The notes below the pieces were generated by a model. That model searched no databases. It was not told where the DNA came from and saw nothing but the letters and a program-made list of their open reading frames with translations. Positions 14,109-29,984 of a stretch of DNA of 64,000 bases are shown here, one piece after another. A program made the position numbers and the translations under genes. This DNA is from the human T2T-CHM13v2.0 reference genome, Homo sapiens, in the NCBI RefSeq assembly GCF_009914755.1, contig NC_060927.1; one strand, 5' to 3'. Every line of letters begins with the position of its first letter. The stretch's first letter is position 1.

Positions 14109-14804
14109 AATTTAAGACCAGATAGGTATTCTGGTGAATTATGTAAAATATTCAAGAAAGAGATATTACTAATACTTCACCAGTTGTTTTCAGCATGTAG
14201 AAGAATTTTACTGGGCCTGAATAACCCTAACACCAAAACCTATGAATTTCATTACAATATTATGAAGATACTGTGGAATGCTGCTAATGCTAAATAGTCT
14301 TTAAAATGTCTCAATAGTAAACATATTGGTTAAATTAAGATGTGAGTAAGTAAATAGTCACATTAACATGTAAGTGTTAACAGAAAAAAGGCATGAAAAC
14401 ACCACTTAAGCTAATAAAGAAGTAACAATGGAGTGATTTTTAGAAAAAAACAAAAAAAGCAGAAAAGAAGAAAAAAATTGATAAAAACAAATAAGAAGAC
14501 TGAATTTAAAAAAACAGATTGATGGATAAATAGATAATAGATAGGCAGGCATAAAGTAGAAAAACAGAAGATATGAATTAACATACAGAAACAAAACTAT
14601 TAATTATCATAGTCAATAAAAATAGACAAATTCAACAATTAGGAAGTGAATCATCATCAGACTCAATTATAACATTTAATAATACGAAGTATATAAGAAA
14701 TATATCTACACTTAAGGTAAATAAAATTTTAAAATAAAAAATTAGAAAAAAGACCAAGAAGATGTTTAAAAAATGTGACTAAGATAAAAAAATTTTTTTC
14801 TGGC

Positions 14805-15312
14805 ATTCTTTTTTAAATTAATTATCATGGGTATTAAATATTCATATATTTATAATTAAACATGTTGTATGTGTATCACCAAACATGTGATGTTTTGGTA
14901 TAGGCATACAATGTACAATGATCAAATCAGGGTAATTGGGGTATCCATCACCTAACGCACTTATAATTTCTTTATGTTAGGAACATTCCAATTCCATAGT
15001 TTATTTTATGATATAAAATATTTTTAAATAAGGATGCTACCAAATAGTAGATCTTATTTCTTCTATCTAACTATATGTTTGTACCCATTAATAATGCCCA
15101 CTTTGTCCCCCACCAACCATGCTACACTTCCCAGCCATCATTCTACTTTCTGTCTCCCTGAGTTTAATTTGTTTAATTATTGGCTCCCATATGACTGTGA
15201 ACATGTGTCCTTCTGTGCCTGGCTTATTTCCCATAACATAATGTCTTCCAGTTCCATCCATGTTGTTGCATATGACAGAATTTCATTCTTTTTATGGCTG
15301 AATAATAACCCA
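14805..15312 (-). mobile_element. L1MA-type 3' UTR fragment inserted in the older L1M
   Basis: gatcaaatcagggtaattggggtatccatcacct...cttctgtgcctggcttatttcccataacataatgtcttccagttccatccatgttgttgca. Confidence 0.85.
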
Positions 15313-18300
15313 TATTAGAAAGTAACAAGTCAAAAGGCATTGATAGAAATACTTAATTTTTTATTTATGGAAAATTAGTTTTATTTACTGGGAAGAGTTA
15401 TACATTTTCTAAAGTCACACATACTTCATAACAAAGATAAATTGAAATAGCTACAAGGAGAAATCAATAAATCCCCTAAAACTGTATGAGATTGCAGTTC
15501 ATTTCTCTGATAGTTGAAACAGACAAAAAGTCAGTATGAATCTATACTATTTTAGCAATATAAATAGCAAAATTGTCTAATTATATATATACACTTATTA
15601 GATAACTTTGTTATTTATATTGTTAAAATATATTTTACATATATAAATATATATGAATATGTTTATCTATAAATAATATATTTTATATATAAATAATACC
15701 ACAGCAAACACAAACACACGTTCTTTTCAAAACAAGCCCACAAAGAAGATATTAGTGATATTCAGATAATTTATATCCTAGTGTTCTCTAACTATGATGA
15801 AATTAACTTATAAATCAATAACAAAGTAATGAGAAAGAGAAAAAATACAACTCCAGCAAAATATGCTATTAGAAAATTTAACAAAATCACCTAAAAGGCT
15901 CAAATGTAAAAAAGTAAATCATAATGGACATTTTAAATGCTAATATTTAATGATAACAAAAATACTAAATTTGTGTACACAACTGAAGTTTTCTACTTCA
16001 AAGCAATTTAGAGCATTAAAATTTTACACTAGAGAAGAAGAAAATGAGCTAGCTGTGTGACGTATGAAGTCAGCAAAATATAAACAAAACAAATATAATG
16101 AAATATTAGGTTATGAAATAATAAAGATGAGTTAATATTAATGACATAAAAAACAGAAGATACTTTAGAAAAATCAACAAAGATGTGTACTTTTGAAAAT
16201 GAAAACCAAGATCTGGCAAAATTTATCAAGACTGAAAAAAAAAAGACAGAGAGAGAGAAGACATGATTAAATAATAGTAGGAGTGAAAAATGGAATAAGA
16301 CTAAATGTGTAAAAGAATAAAAAGATAAGAAAAATTAAGTATAACATTATGCCAGTAATTTAAAACTGTAGAAAAATAGTCACTTTTTAGAAAAATATAA
16401 AGTACTAAAACAGAATAAATAGAGAAATCTCTTTGGCTTTCTTAACTTTGTTATATAGAAACCATCAATAAATGAATGTATTCCCACAATAAAAAGACCA
16501 GGCCTAGATAAATGTATAGAAAGTTCTTTTAAACATTCAGATAAAACATGTTTCTAAGTTACACATATGCTTTTGGAGAAAAGAAATATTTGCAACTTGA
16601 ATGCAGTAAGGCATTAAAAAAGTAGTGCAGCATGGATAATTTTGGTTATTTCTAGAAATACAGTTTTTTATATTAAAAATGTTTTAAGCCATATTGATGG
16701 GACGACAGTGTGCCAGGACTCGTTTCTGGCCCCCAACAACTCCCAGGGAACAGTTAAGGTAAATTGGCAAAGAGCAACCCACTTTTACAAAGGGCCTCTG
16801 AAATCTCAGCAAGAGGAGACCCTTCAACCACGAGGGCCATTTGAGTTGGCAGGAAGAGCTGCTTACAGAAGTGGTATTGGCAGCACACCAGCTGAAGGCG
16901 AGTCCAGAGGGTTTGGTGTGGGAGCATTTGTAGCAGAGTACGGCCAGGGATGGCTGTCACTGTAGGCTCGACTTGCTCTCATAAGAGACTTTAGCCCTAG
17001 GAGAATTGGTGGATCTGAACTCTGCAGGGAAGTCTTGCCCATAAGATGGGACTGGTCAGACCTGAGCACCCCTTGGTCTGCTGGCTTTTCCTGGAGTCCC
17101 AGCCCAGCAGCATCTGCTTGCATGGCAGCCTTGGGTGTCCTGGTGACCCATATCATAGCTCCCGCACTGGTGCACCATGCCTGAACAGTCAACAGCTCCA
17201 GCGGGGCAGGTCCCATGGCCACACACCAGCCCACCCACTCCCTCCTTACACCGCAGCTTCTCCCAGGCCCAAGGCAACCTCCCACATTGCTCTGCTTGCA
17301 TGTGTGTGCTCAGGCAAATTTTGTCTTACTTGCCTCACCAGTGCACCTGTGTGCACACACACTGCCCTACCACAGCTGCAACTGACAAGAGTGTACTCTA
17401 CCCACCCTCCTCCCATTAGACTGCCATTTCAGTCAGAGCCTTGGTAGGCACAGAGCCAGCCAGCCCAGCCCTCACCAGGATCCCACTCCTGCACAAACGC
17501 TGTCAACATAGTGACGTTAGGCACAGAGAATGGCAAACCCTCCACCATCCTGAGCGACCACCCCCGCCTGTGATGAGCAGAGAACACACACAGATCTGCA
17601 CCCACCAGCATCCCACCCTCATGCTAACATCACCACCAGCATAACCACTGGCACAGTTGCCAGCAGGGGCTCCGTCATTCCCCCAAGCTGTGCTGCCTTT
17701 ACCATGGAGGCAAATGCTTGCAAAGAGGCAGGCACCCTGGCACCTGCTAGCACCCTATTGCAGCAGACAAGTATGCACTTCACAGCACTACCACTGCTGC
17801 TGGCCCTTGTGAACAAGAACCGATCCCATTGCCACCACACTACAAAATGCTTTGACTAACACCACCAATCAGAGTGTAGTGACTAGTGGTCCAGGAGCAC
17901 CTTGCCCCACCAACACAGTGGACTCCTAACCTTGAGGAGCCAGAGAACAAAGTCAGGGACTGATACAAGCCCCCAGATATTGAACATGTAGTCCAGGAGT
18001 TGAAACCTAAGCCTTTGCTTCCTAAAATCTTTCGAAAATGAAGCCAGTTGGCTGGATCCACCTTATATCACAATAAACCTTCAAGGTCATCAAATAGGAT
18101 AAAAGAAAAAAAAAATCTATTTTCTCCAAACAACCACACCACCTCCCCAGCAAGGGTTCTGAACTTTCTGCAAAGCAGAAATGACAGAAATTTCTGTCAG
18201 GTCACCTACAAAGGGAAGCACATCAGTCTAACAGTGCACATCTTAGCAGAAATCCTACGAAGTTGAAAAGTTTGGGGGCCAATATTCAACATTCTTAAAG

Positions 18301-19621
18301 AAAAAATTCCAACCCAGAATTTCATATCCAGCCAAATTAAACTTCATAAGCAAAGAAGAAATAAGATTTATTTCAGACAAACAAATGCTGAGGGAATTTG
18401 TTACTACCAGACCTGCCTTTCCTTTCTGAAGGAAGCACTAAATATGGAAAGAAAAAATCATTACTGGCTGCTCCAAAAACACACTAAAGTACACAGGCCA
18501 GTGACACTATAAAGCAACCACACAAACAAGTCTGCATAATAACAAGCTGACATCATAATGACAGGATCAAATCCACACATATCAATACTAATCTTGAATA
18601 TAAATGGGCTAAATAACCCAATTAAAAGATGCTGAGTGGCAACATGGATAAAGAACCAAGACTCCTTGGTATGCTAGCTTCAAGAGATCCATGTCATATG
18701 TAATGATACCCACAGGCTCACAATAAAGAGTTGGAGAAAAATCAACCAAGCAAATGGAAAAGGCAGGGGTTGCAATAATTTCAGACAAAATAGGCTTTAA
18801 ACCAACAAAGATCAAACAAGACAAAGAAGAGAATTACATGATGATAAAGGGTTCAATTCAATAACAGGACCTAACTATATTCTAAATGCATGTGTGCACC
18901 CAACACAGGAGCACCCATATTCATAAAGAAAGATCTTAGAGTTTGACAAAGAGACATAGACTCCCGCACAATAATAGTGAGAGACATTGACACCCCATTG
19001 ACAGTATTAGACAGATCACTGAGGCAGAAAATTAACAAAGATATTTAGTACCTGAACTCAGCACTGGATCAAATGGAGACGATAGACCTCTACAGAACTC
19101 TCTACCCCAAAGCAACAGAATATACATTCTTCTCATGACCATATGGCACATACTCTAAAATCAATCACATAATTGGACACAAAACACTCTCAGCAAATGC
19201 AAAATAACTGAAATTATAACAACCACTCTCTTGGACCACAGCACAATCAAATTAGAAATCAAGACTAAGAAATTTGCTAAAAACCATGCAATTACATAGA
19301 AATTGAATAAGCTGCTTCTGAATTACTTTTGGGTAAATAATGAAGTAAAGGCAGAAATCAAGAAGTTCTTTGAAACTAATGAGAACAAAGATACACCATA
19401 CCAGAATCTATGGGACACAGCAAAGGTAGTGTTAAATGCTCACATCGAAAAGTTAGGAAGATCACAAGTTAACAACCTAACATCACAACTAAAAGAATTA
19501 GAGAACCAAGAGCAAAACAACCCCAAAGCTAGCAGAAGATAAGAAATAACCAAAATCAGAGCAGAACTGAAGGAGATTGAGACACAAAACACCATTAAAA
19601 TGATCAATGAATTCAAGAGTT

Positions 19622-23073
<3,452 letters not shown>

Positions 23074-23713
23074 TAAATAAACACAATTAGAAATGACAAA
23101 AGGGACATTACCACCAATCACATAGAAATATAAGTAACCATCAGAGAATATTATTAAAAAAACCTCTATGCACATACACTAGAAAATGTAGAAGAAATGT
23201 ATAAAGTTCTGGATACCTACACCATCCCAAGACTAAGCAAAGAAGAAATTCGTCCCCTGAACAGACCAATAATAAGCTCCAAATTTGAATCAGTAAAATA
23301 AATAGCCTACCAACCAAAAACATTCCAGAGCCCAATGGATTCACTGCCAAATTCCCATTTTTACTGAATTATTCCAAAACTTTAAGGAGGAGAGACTCCT
23401 CCCTAACATATTTTGTGAGGCCAGCATCCACCTAATACCAAAAACCTGGCAAAGACACAACAAAAAAAGAAAACTTCAGTCCAATATTTTTGATGAACAT
23501 CAATGCAAAAGTTCTGAACAAAATATGGGCAAAACAAATCCAGCAGCACATCAAAAAGGTTTATCCAGGCTTTATCCCTGGGATGCAAGGTTGACTCAAC
23601 GTATGTAAATCAATAAATGTGGTTCATGACATAAATAGAATTAAAGATAGAAAACACAGGATTATTTCAATAGATACAGAAAAGGCTTCCAATGAAATTC
23701 AATAGTGCTTCAT

Positions 23714-24065
<352 letters not shown>

Positions 24066-24750
24066 CTACGACAAGCTCACACCCAAGATCATACTGAATG
24101 GGAAAAAGCTGGAAGCATTCTCCTTGAAAACTGGCACAAGACAAGAATGTCCTCTCTCACCACTCTTATTTAACATAGTATTGGAAGTTCTAACCTGGGC
24201 AATCAGGCAAGAGAAAAAGCTAAAGGGAATTAAAACAGTAAAAGAGGGAGTCAAACTATCCTGGTTGCAAATGACCTGATTCTATATCTAGAAAATCTCA
24301 TAGTCTTGGCCCAAAAGCTCCTTAAGCTAATAAACAACTCCAGCAAAGTCACAGGATAACAAAATCAATGTACAAATATCACTAGCATTCCTATACATAA
24401 ACAGCAGTCAAGGTGAGGGCCAAATCAAGAACACAGTCCCAACCACAATAGCCACAAAAAGAATAAAACACATGGGAATACAGCTAATCAGAGAGGAGAA
24501 AGATCTCTACAATGAGAACTACAAAACACTGCTCAAAGAAATCAGACATGGCACAAATGGAAAAGCATTCCCTGCTCATTGACAGGAAAAATTAATATTG
24601 TTAAAATGGCCATATTGCCCAAAACGATTTATAGATTCAATGCTAGTCCTATCAAACTACCAATGACATTCTTCACAGAACTAGAAAAAAAACTATTTTA
24701 AAATTCATATGGAACCAAAAATAACCTGAATAGCCAAGGCAATCCTAAGC

Positions 24751-24781
<31 letters not shown>

Positions 24782-26787
24782 AAAGTGTCATGTTACCTGA
24801 CTTCAAACTATACTGTAGGGCTACAAGAACCAAAATAGCATGATAGTTGTACAAAAACAGGCACGTAGACCAAAAGAACAGAATAAAGAACCCAGAAAAA
24901 AGGCCATACCCCTACAACTATCTGACCTTTGACAAAGTCAACAAAAACTAGCAATTGGTTAAAAAAAAAAAAAAAAAAAAAACTCTGGTAAGTGGTGCCA
25001 GGATAACTGGCTAGCCATATGCGGAAGATTGAAACTGGACCATTTCCTTACACCATATATGAAAATCAACTCAAGATGGATTAGAGACTTAAACATATGA
25101 CTCAAAACTGTAAAAATCCTGGAAGACAATGTGGACAATACTATTTTGGACATGGAACGGCAAATGTTGTATGACAAAGATGCCAAAAGCAATTGCAACA
25201 AAAGCAAAAATTGACAAATGGCATCTAATTAAACTAAAAAGTTTCTGCACAGCAAAAGAAACTGTCAATAAACAGGCAACCTACAGAATGGGAGAAAATT
25301 TTTATAAAATATGCATCTGACAAAGGTCTAATAAGTATCTACAAGGAACCTAAACAAATTTACCGGAAAAAAAACAGCCCATTAAAAAATGGACAAATGA
25401 CATGAACAGACACTTTTAAAAAGAAGACATATATGTGACCAAGAAGCATATAAAAAAAAGCTAAACATCACTGATAATAAGAGAAATGCATATCAAAACC
25501 ACAAGGAGCTACCTTCTCATACCAGGTAGAATGGCTGTTATTAAAAAGCCAAAAAGTAACAGATGCTGGAGAAGTTGCAGAGAAAAGGGAACACTTATAT
25601 CCTGTTGGTGGGAGTGTAAATGAGTTCAACCATCATGGAAAGCTGTGGCAACTCCTCAAAGACCTAAGAACAGAACTACCATTCGATCCAGGAATCCCAT
25701 TACTGGGTATATACCCAAAGGAATATAAATTATTCTGTGATAAAGACACATGCACACATATGTTCACTGCAGCACTATTCACAATAGCAAACATATGGAA
25801 TCAACCTAAATGCTCATCAGTAAGAGACTGGATAAAAAACATGTGATACATATGCCATGGAATACTATGCAGCCATAAAAAAGGACAAGATCATGTTCTT
25901 TGCTACATGTTCTCACTTATAAATGGGAGCTAAATAATGAGAACACATGGACATACAGAGGGGAACAGCAGACACTGGGGCCAGAGTGTGGGGGGTGGGA
26001 TGAAGGAGAGGATCAGGAAAAATAACTAATAGATACTAGACTTAATACTTTGGTGATGAAGTAATCTGTACATCAGACCCCCATGACACAGTTTACCTGT
26101 ATAACAAACCTGTACTTATACCCCTGAACTTAAAAGAAAAGTTAAAAAGAATTAAACCACTTTGATGTAGTTCAGCTCATGAAATGTTTAATGAAGGAAA
26201 ACTACATGTCATCTAAATAGTTACAGAAAAGAATTGCTAATAGGTGTTATCTATTTCTTTTATTATTAACAAAATATAGGTTTTTACTCAGGAGCCAGGT
26301 TATACTGTTGGGTCAGAAAAATAAAAACAAAACAAAACAAAACAGGAGGTTTACTTTGGAGCACGATTAACCATATGAGCTAATATCTTATCCAGAAAGC
26401 CTTAGCCAAAACATTGCCTTCTCATTGGCAAGGATAGAAGGCACATCACTGAAGTTTACAAGTACAGCAGAGAAGAGTGAGAGACTGGGAAGAGATGTTC
26501 TTAGAAAGCCAAATGGAGGGAGAAAGATGTCAAAAGAAGACAGGCAATTCTGTTAAGCAAAACAAAGCAAAATTAAAAACCCCAAACAACCTAATCAGGA
26601 GGAGAAGGCAGAATGTTGAAAGAAATTAAAGGCCTCAATTTGAAGAATCTGCAGGGAATTTGGAGAGAAGGTGAAGTATAATAGTAAAGGCAGTGAGCAA
26701 GTGGTTTAGTCTACAAACTACAGGGTTGGCAAAGGAGACAACACATCTTACTGAAAATACTGGAGTGGTAGTGATGGTGGTTGGAGT

Positions 26788-26990
26788 CATGCTTCTCAAG
26801 CTGTGATCCAAAAAATACCTACTTGAGATTCACTTGGATTTCTATCAAGCAAGCATTTACCAATGCCCTTCTCCTCCCTTTCAACGTGACTGAGTCAGAA
26901 TGCTGAGTAGTGAAAGATTTCAGGAAATGTGCTTCTTTAACAAACAGCCAGGAGGATTCTGATATCCATCAAATTTTGATAATTTCTGAC
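26788..26990. mobile_element. MER5-like hAT-Charlie fragment
   Basis: gcttctcaagctg...ctgagtcagaatgctg...tttaacaaacagccaggaggattctgat...aaattttgataatttctg. Confidence 0.55.
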
Positions 26991-27544
26991 TTAGATATTC
27001 CTAGTTAACTGGTCTCTTGTTTTTGTCCATCCCACTGAAGTTGGTAACATGGATAATAAATGTCGGAACAGACAAGAGACAATAGGAGATTGTACAATTT
27101 CTTATGCTATTGATTATTTGAAAGTTAACATTTCTATCTTTTGTATATTAATTATTTTAACTTTTTTGTGCCCCTAGGGCTTAAAAATATACTCATGGTC
27201 TAATATCATGCATCAGCTTTTGTTTTTTATAATGTTTCAAAGGTACACATATACAAATGAGGAATATTTATATAATTTTTATTCTATAACTTCTGTGCAG
27301 AAAAAAAGGGAGGATATTATAAGAGGTATTAAGTAACTATTACACAATCCTGTGTTTCTGTATTTATACATTATTTAAGAAATGAAAAACCCTGGAATTA
27401 AATGATATTGTTCACATAATATTTTGCTTTATAAAATCTTTTAAGATTAATAGAAGTGAATATAGATAAAAATTGTGGGGGTGTTTTTATCCAGACTATA
27501 ACAACAAGTCTTGCTTGTTTTGAATCTTTTTGACATATTTTAAG

Positions 27545-27769
27545 AAAGAGTTCATCTGATTTTGCTCAAATTAATCTTTCTCTTGCTTAGCAAAGTCAAT
27601 TGATTAGGGACCTCAATTACATTACATAATCTCTTTTACATAACATAATAATGTGAATATTTCATCATATTCATAAGTACCACTCACACTCAAGGGGAGG
27701 TTATTATAGAAGGTATGTACATAATGCTGCAGGAAACTTGGGGATCATCTCAGAATTCTGCATACCACA
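27545..27769 (-). mobile_element. MLT1E-like MaLR LTR fragment
   Basis: aaagtcaattgattagggacctcaattaca...cactcaaggggagg...gatcatctcagaattctgcataccaca. Confidence 0.75.
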
Positions 27770-27799
27770 GGAAGGAATCAAAATAAAAGGGTGCTAGTT

Positions 27800-28700
27800 G
27801 CAAACTCAGAAGTGGCTTTAGATTCGCACAAGTAAGTTGCCTGAGCAGGTTTTCCCAATGTCCAAGAATGACTCAACCAAGAGTGACTTTAACAGAGGAG
27901 GATCTTAATAATCTGGTAGACAAGTTGACCAGTTCCATAGATGTCAATCAGCTTCTTTTCCAAGTCTTAACCCGTGCAGTGGTCTAATTAGCAAAGCGTT
28001 CATGTCAGTAGGGTTGGAGGTTAAACTCGGGCTAAATAATATGGACTTCTACACACCACAGATGATCTACTAATAGCCACTGCTTCGTATCTAATCTGCC
28101 AATCACAGAGACCAACACTGTCACCTGAATATAGAAAAATTTTCTTGGAGGGATCAGCTTGCTACCTAGTATAAGTGTGATTACATTGGACAAAATTCAT
28201 TCTGGAAAGAATAGCACTGTGCTCGCACTTCAACAGGCATTTATACAAGATATGCATGAATTTCCCTCTCTTGCCAATAATCCTTTTTCCAAAAACCACC
28301 ATCTGTGGACTTACAGGCATGTAATTCCATATAATATTGTAAGACAGCAAATGAAATTCTTCAACTGACCCATGTTTATGAAATGCCCTGGACATATTGT
28401 GTTTCCTATCTTTTAAATCAGCTGTCTTGATATAAACGAGGAATGCCCTTATGAAGAATCAATTATGGCAATAATTTTATGGTAATGCATCACAGGACTA
28501 GGCTAATATCCTCCAGATGATGTTACATGGTTGTAATTGGTGGTGTTATTCCCATTGCTGTATTTCAAAGGTTTGGGGTTGAAGAAGTAGAAATGTGAGT
28601 GACTTACCTCACTACTGTCTCTAGTGCTCAAATGACAAAAATTTTGCTTTTTATCTCTGCAAATTTGGGCCCGGACAATCTAAGTTTTTAGTTTCTTTAA
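27800..28700 (+). mobile_element. ERVL-class internal fragment (degenerate pol/integrase)
   Basis: ctaatctgccaatcacagagaccaacactgtcacct (xLICQSQRPTLSP-like, after the integrase zinc finger) and gattacattggac (DYIG) resemble ERVL integrase; many stops. Confidence 0.7.
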
Positions 28701-28739
28701 GTGGAAATTTGGAATTTAATCTATTCAGAGAACAGAAAG

Positions 28740-29090
28740 AGACTATTGTGGCTCTAGTATCATAAATGAGGAAAAAGTAAAAACGAGGTTAGAAAAGAAG
28801 ACAGTGATCAGATCATGTAAGACTTAATTTTTGTCCAGGTAAGTAATTTTAACATTATACTAAATAAATGTTAAAGTTGTTAAAATATTTTCAAATTTAT
28901 TCACATCTTAAATAATGGGAATTTGAATAAAATTATTACTGTAACCATTGTGAAGAAAATGTACTATTAACAACAAGGGTGAAAATAGGTGGTCCATTGA
29001 TATCGTAACTTCCAAGGTAAGAGTTGCAGGCTTAGATTATGGTGGAAGTAGTAATACAAGGTAATAATCACAGTTCTTGCCAATGAAAAT
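28740..29090 (-). mobile_element. L2 fragment
   Basis: gatcagatcatgtaagac...ccaaggtaagagttgcaggcttagattatggtggaagtagt resembles antisense L2. Confidence 0.5.
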
Positions 29091-29984
29091 TAGCAGTAGA
29101 AAAATCTTTAGTCATTAATGTTTAAGACATTAATGGAGTTTTAAAGACACTTTCTTTTGAAGCAGACAGTTCATAGATAAAAGCTAAAATATTTATGAAT
29201 TTTAAATTTTATAACTAAATTATGATTTATATGTAAAAGGTGGGCAAGATCACTAAAAAATCTAGAAGGAAATAAATTTCCACTACTACAATTAGACAGA
29301 TAAATGGCTGGTGAACTGCCAAAAGGTATCCCCTGGCCAAGGTGGTTCCAGAATAAATCATGAGAGCTAGAGCCTGTCTTTCATGTAAGCCAATCTGTGA
29401 GAATATGTAATAAAAGAAAATATCACTGAAGAGTACATTAGAAGAAAAAAAGTGTGGTTTCTATCGGACACAATCATGATGGACCAAACCATTAGTCATT
29501 TGAGGGAGTAAATATGTATGGAATAATGTATTCAAAGTTCCAGAATATCTTGGCTAACATTTTATAACTGATGCCATTTAAACAATGGTGTCACCATGAT
29601 ATTGATATGAATGCATTGTAATAATTTGAACTATTGAAGATATAAGAGGCAATGGGAAGAAACCAATGAATGAACCAGTAACTTGGCTGTTTCCTCCTTT
29701 TGCAGGAGATGGTGGCTAAGCTTCATGTGCTCAATTTGTTTTTCAAAAATAATAAAAAAAGTTTATAATTCTGAAAGGGTTATACTTATGCAAAGTGAAA
29801 TGTTCAGTGTGATCCCTAACTAATCACTTTTGAGGCAGTTATAATTCAATACATAGTAGAGTGATTAATGAAAGGATGAGAGAACAGCTTATACAATCTT
29901 CACATTTGTAGATGGTATAAAAACCTTTCCATCACTAAAGGGTCAAATTAATGGAGATAAACTTACTGAGCCTTTAAAATTTGA

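Larger units (their letters stand above)
13500..16683 (+). mobile_element. Highly degraded ancient L1M ORF2 fragments (at least two pieces covering overlapping ORF2 regions); resumes at ~26168-26240
   Basis: A-rich sense L1 motifs: ttatagctttagatgctcatattaaaaaa; caaaaattgatttttgaaaag; aatttgacaactcaaataaatgaacaagtttcttgaaa; accaggcctagata. After the L1PA13-like element: gaaaactacatgtcatctaaatagttacagaaaa. Confidence 0.7.

Noticed and set aside
16642-18061. Cluster of GC-rich overlapping ORFs as a host gene or CpG-island promoter
   Set aside because: They lie in the L1 5'UTR; no recognisable protein; CpGs are largely decayed.
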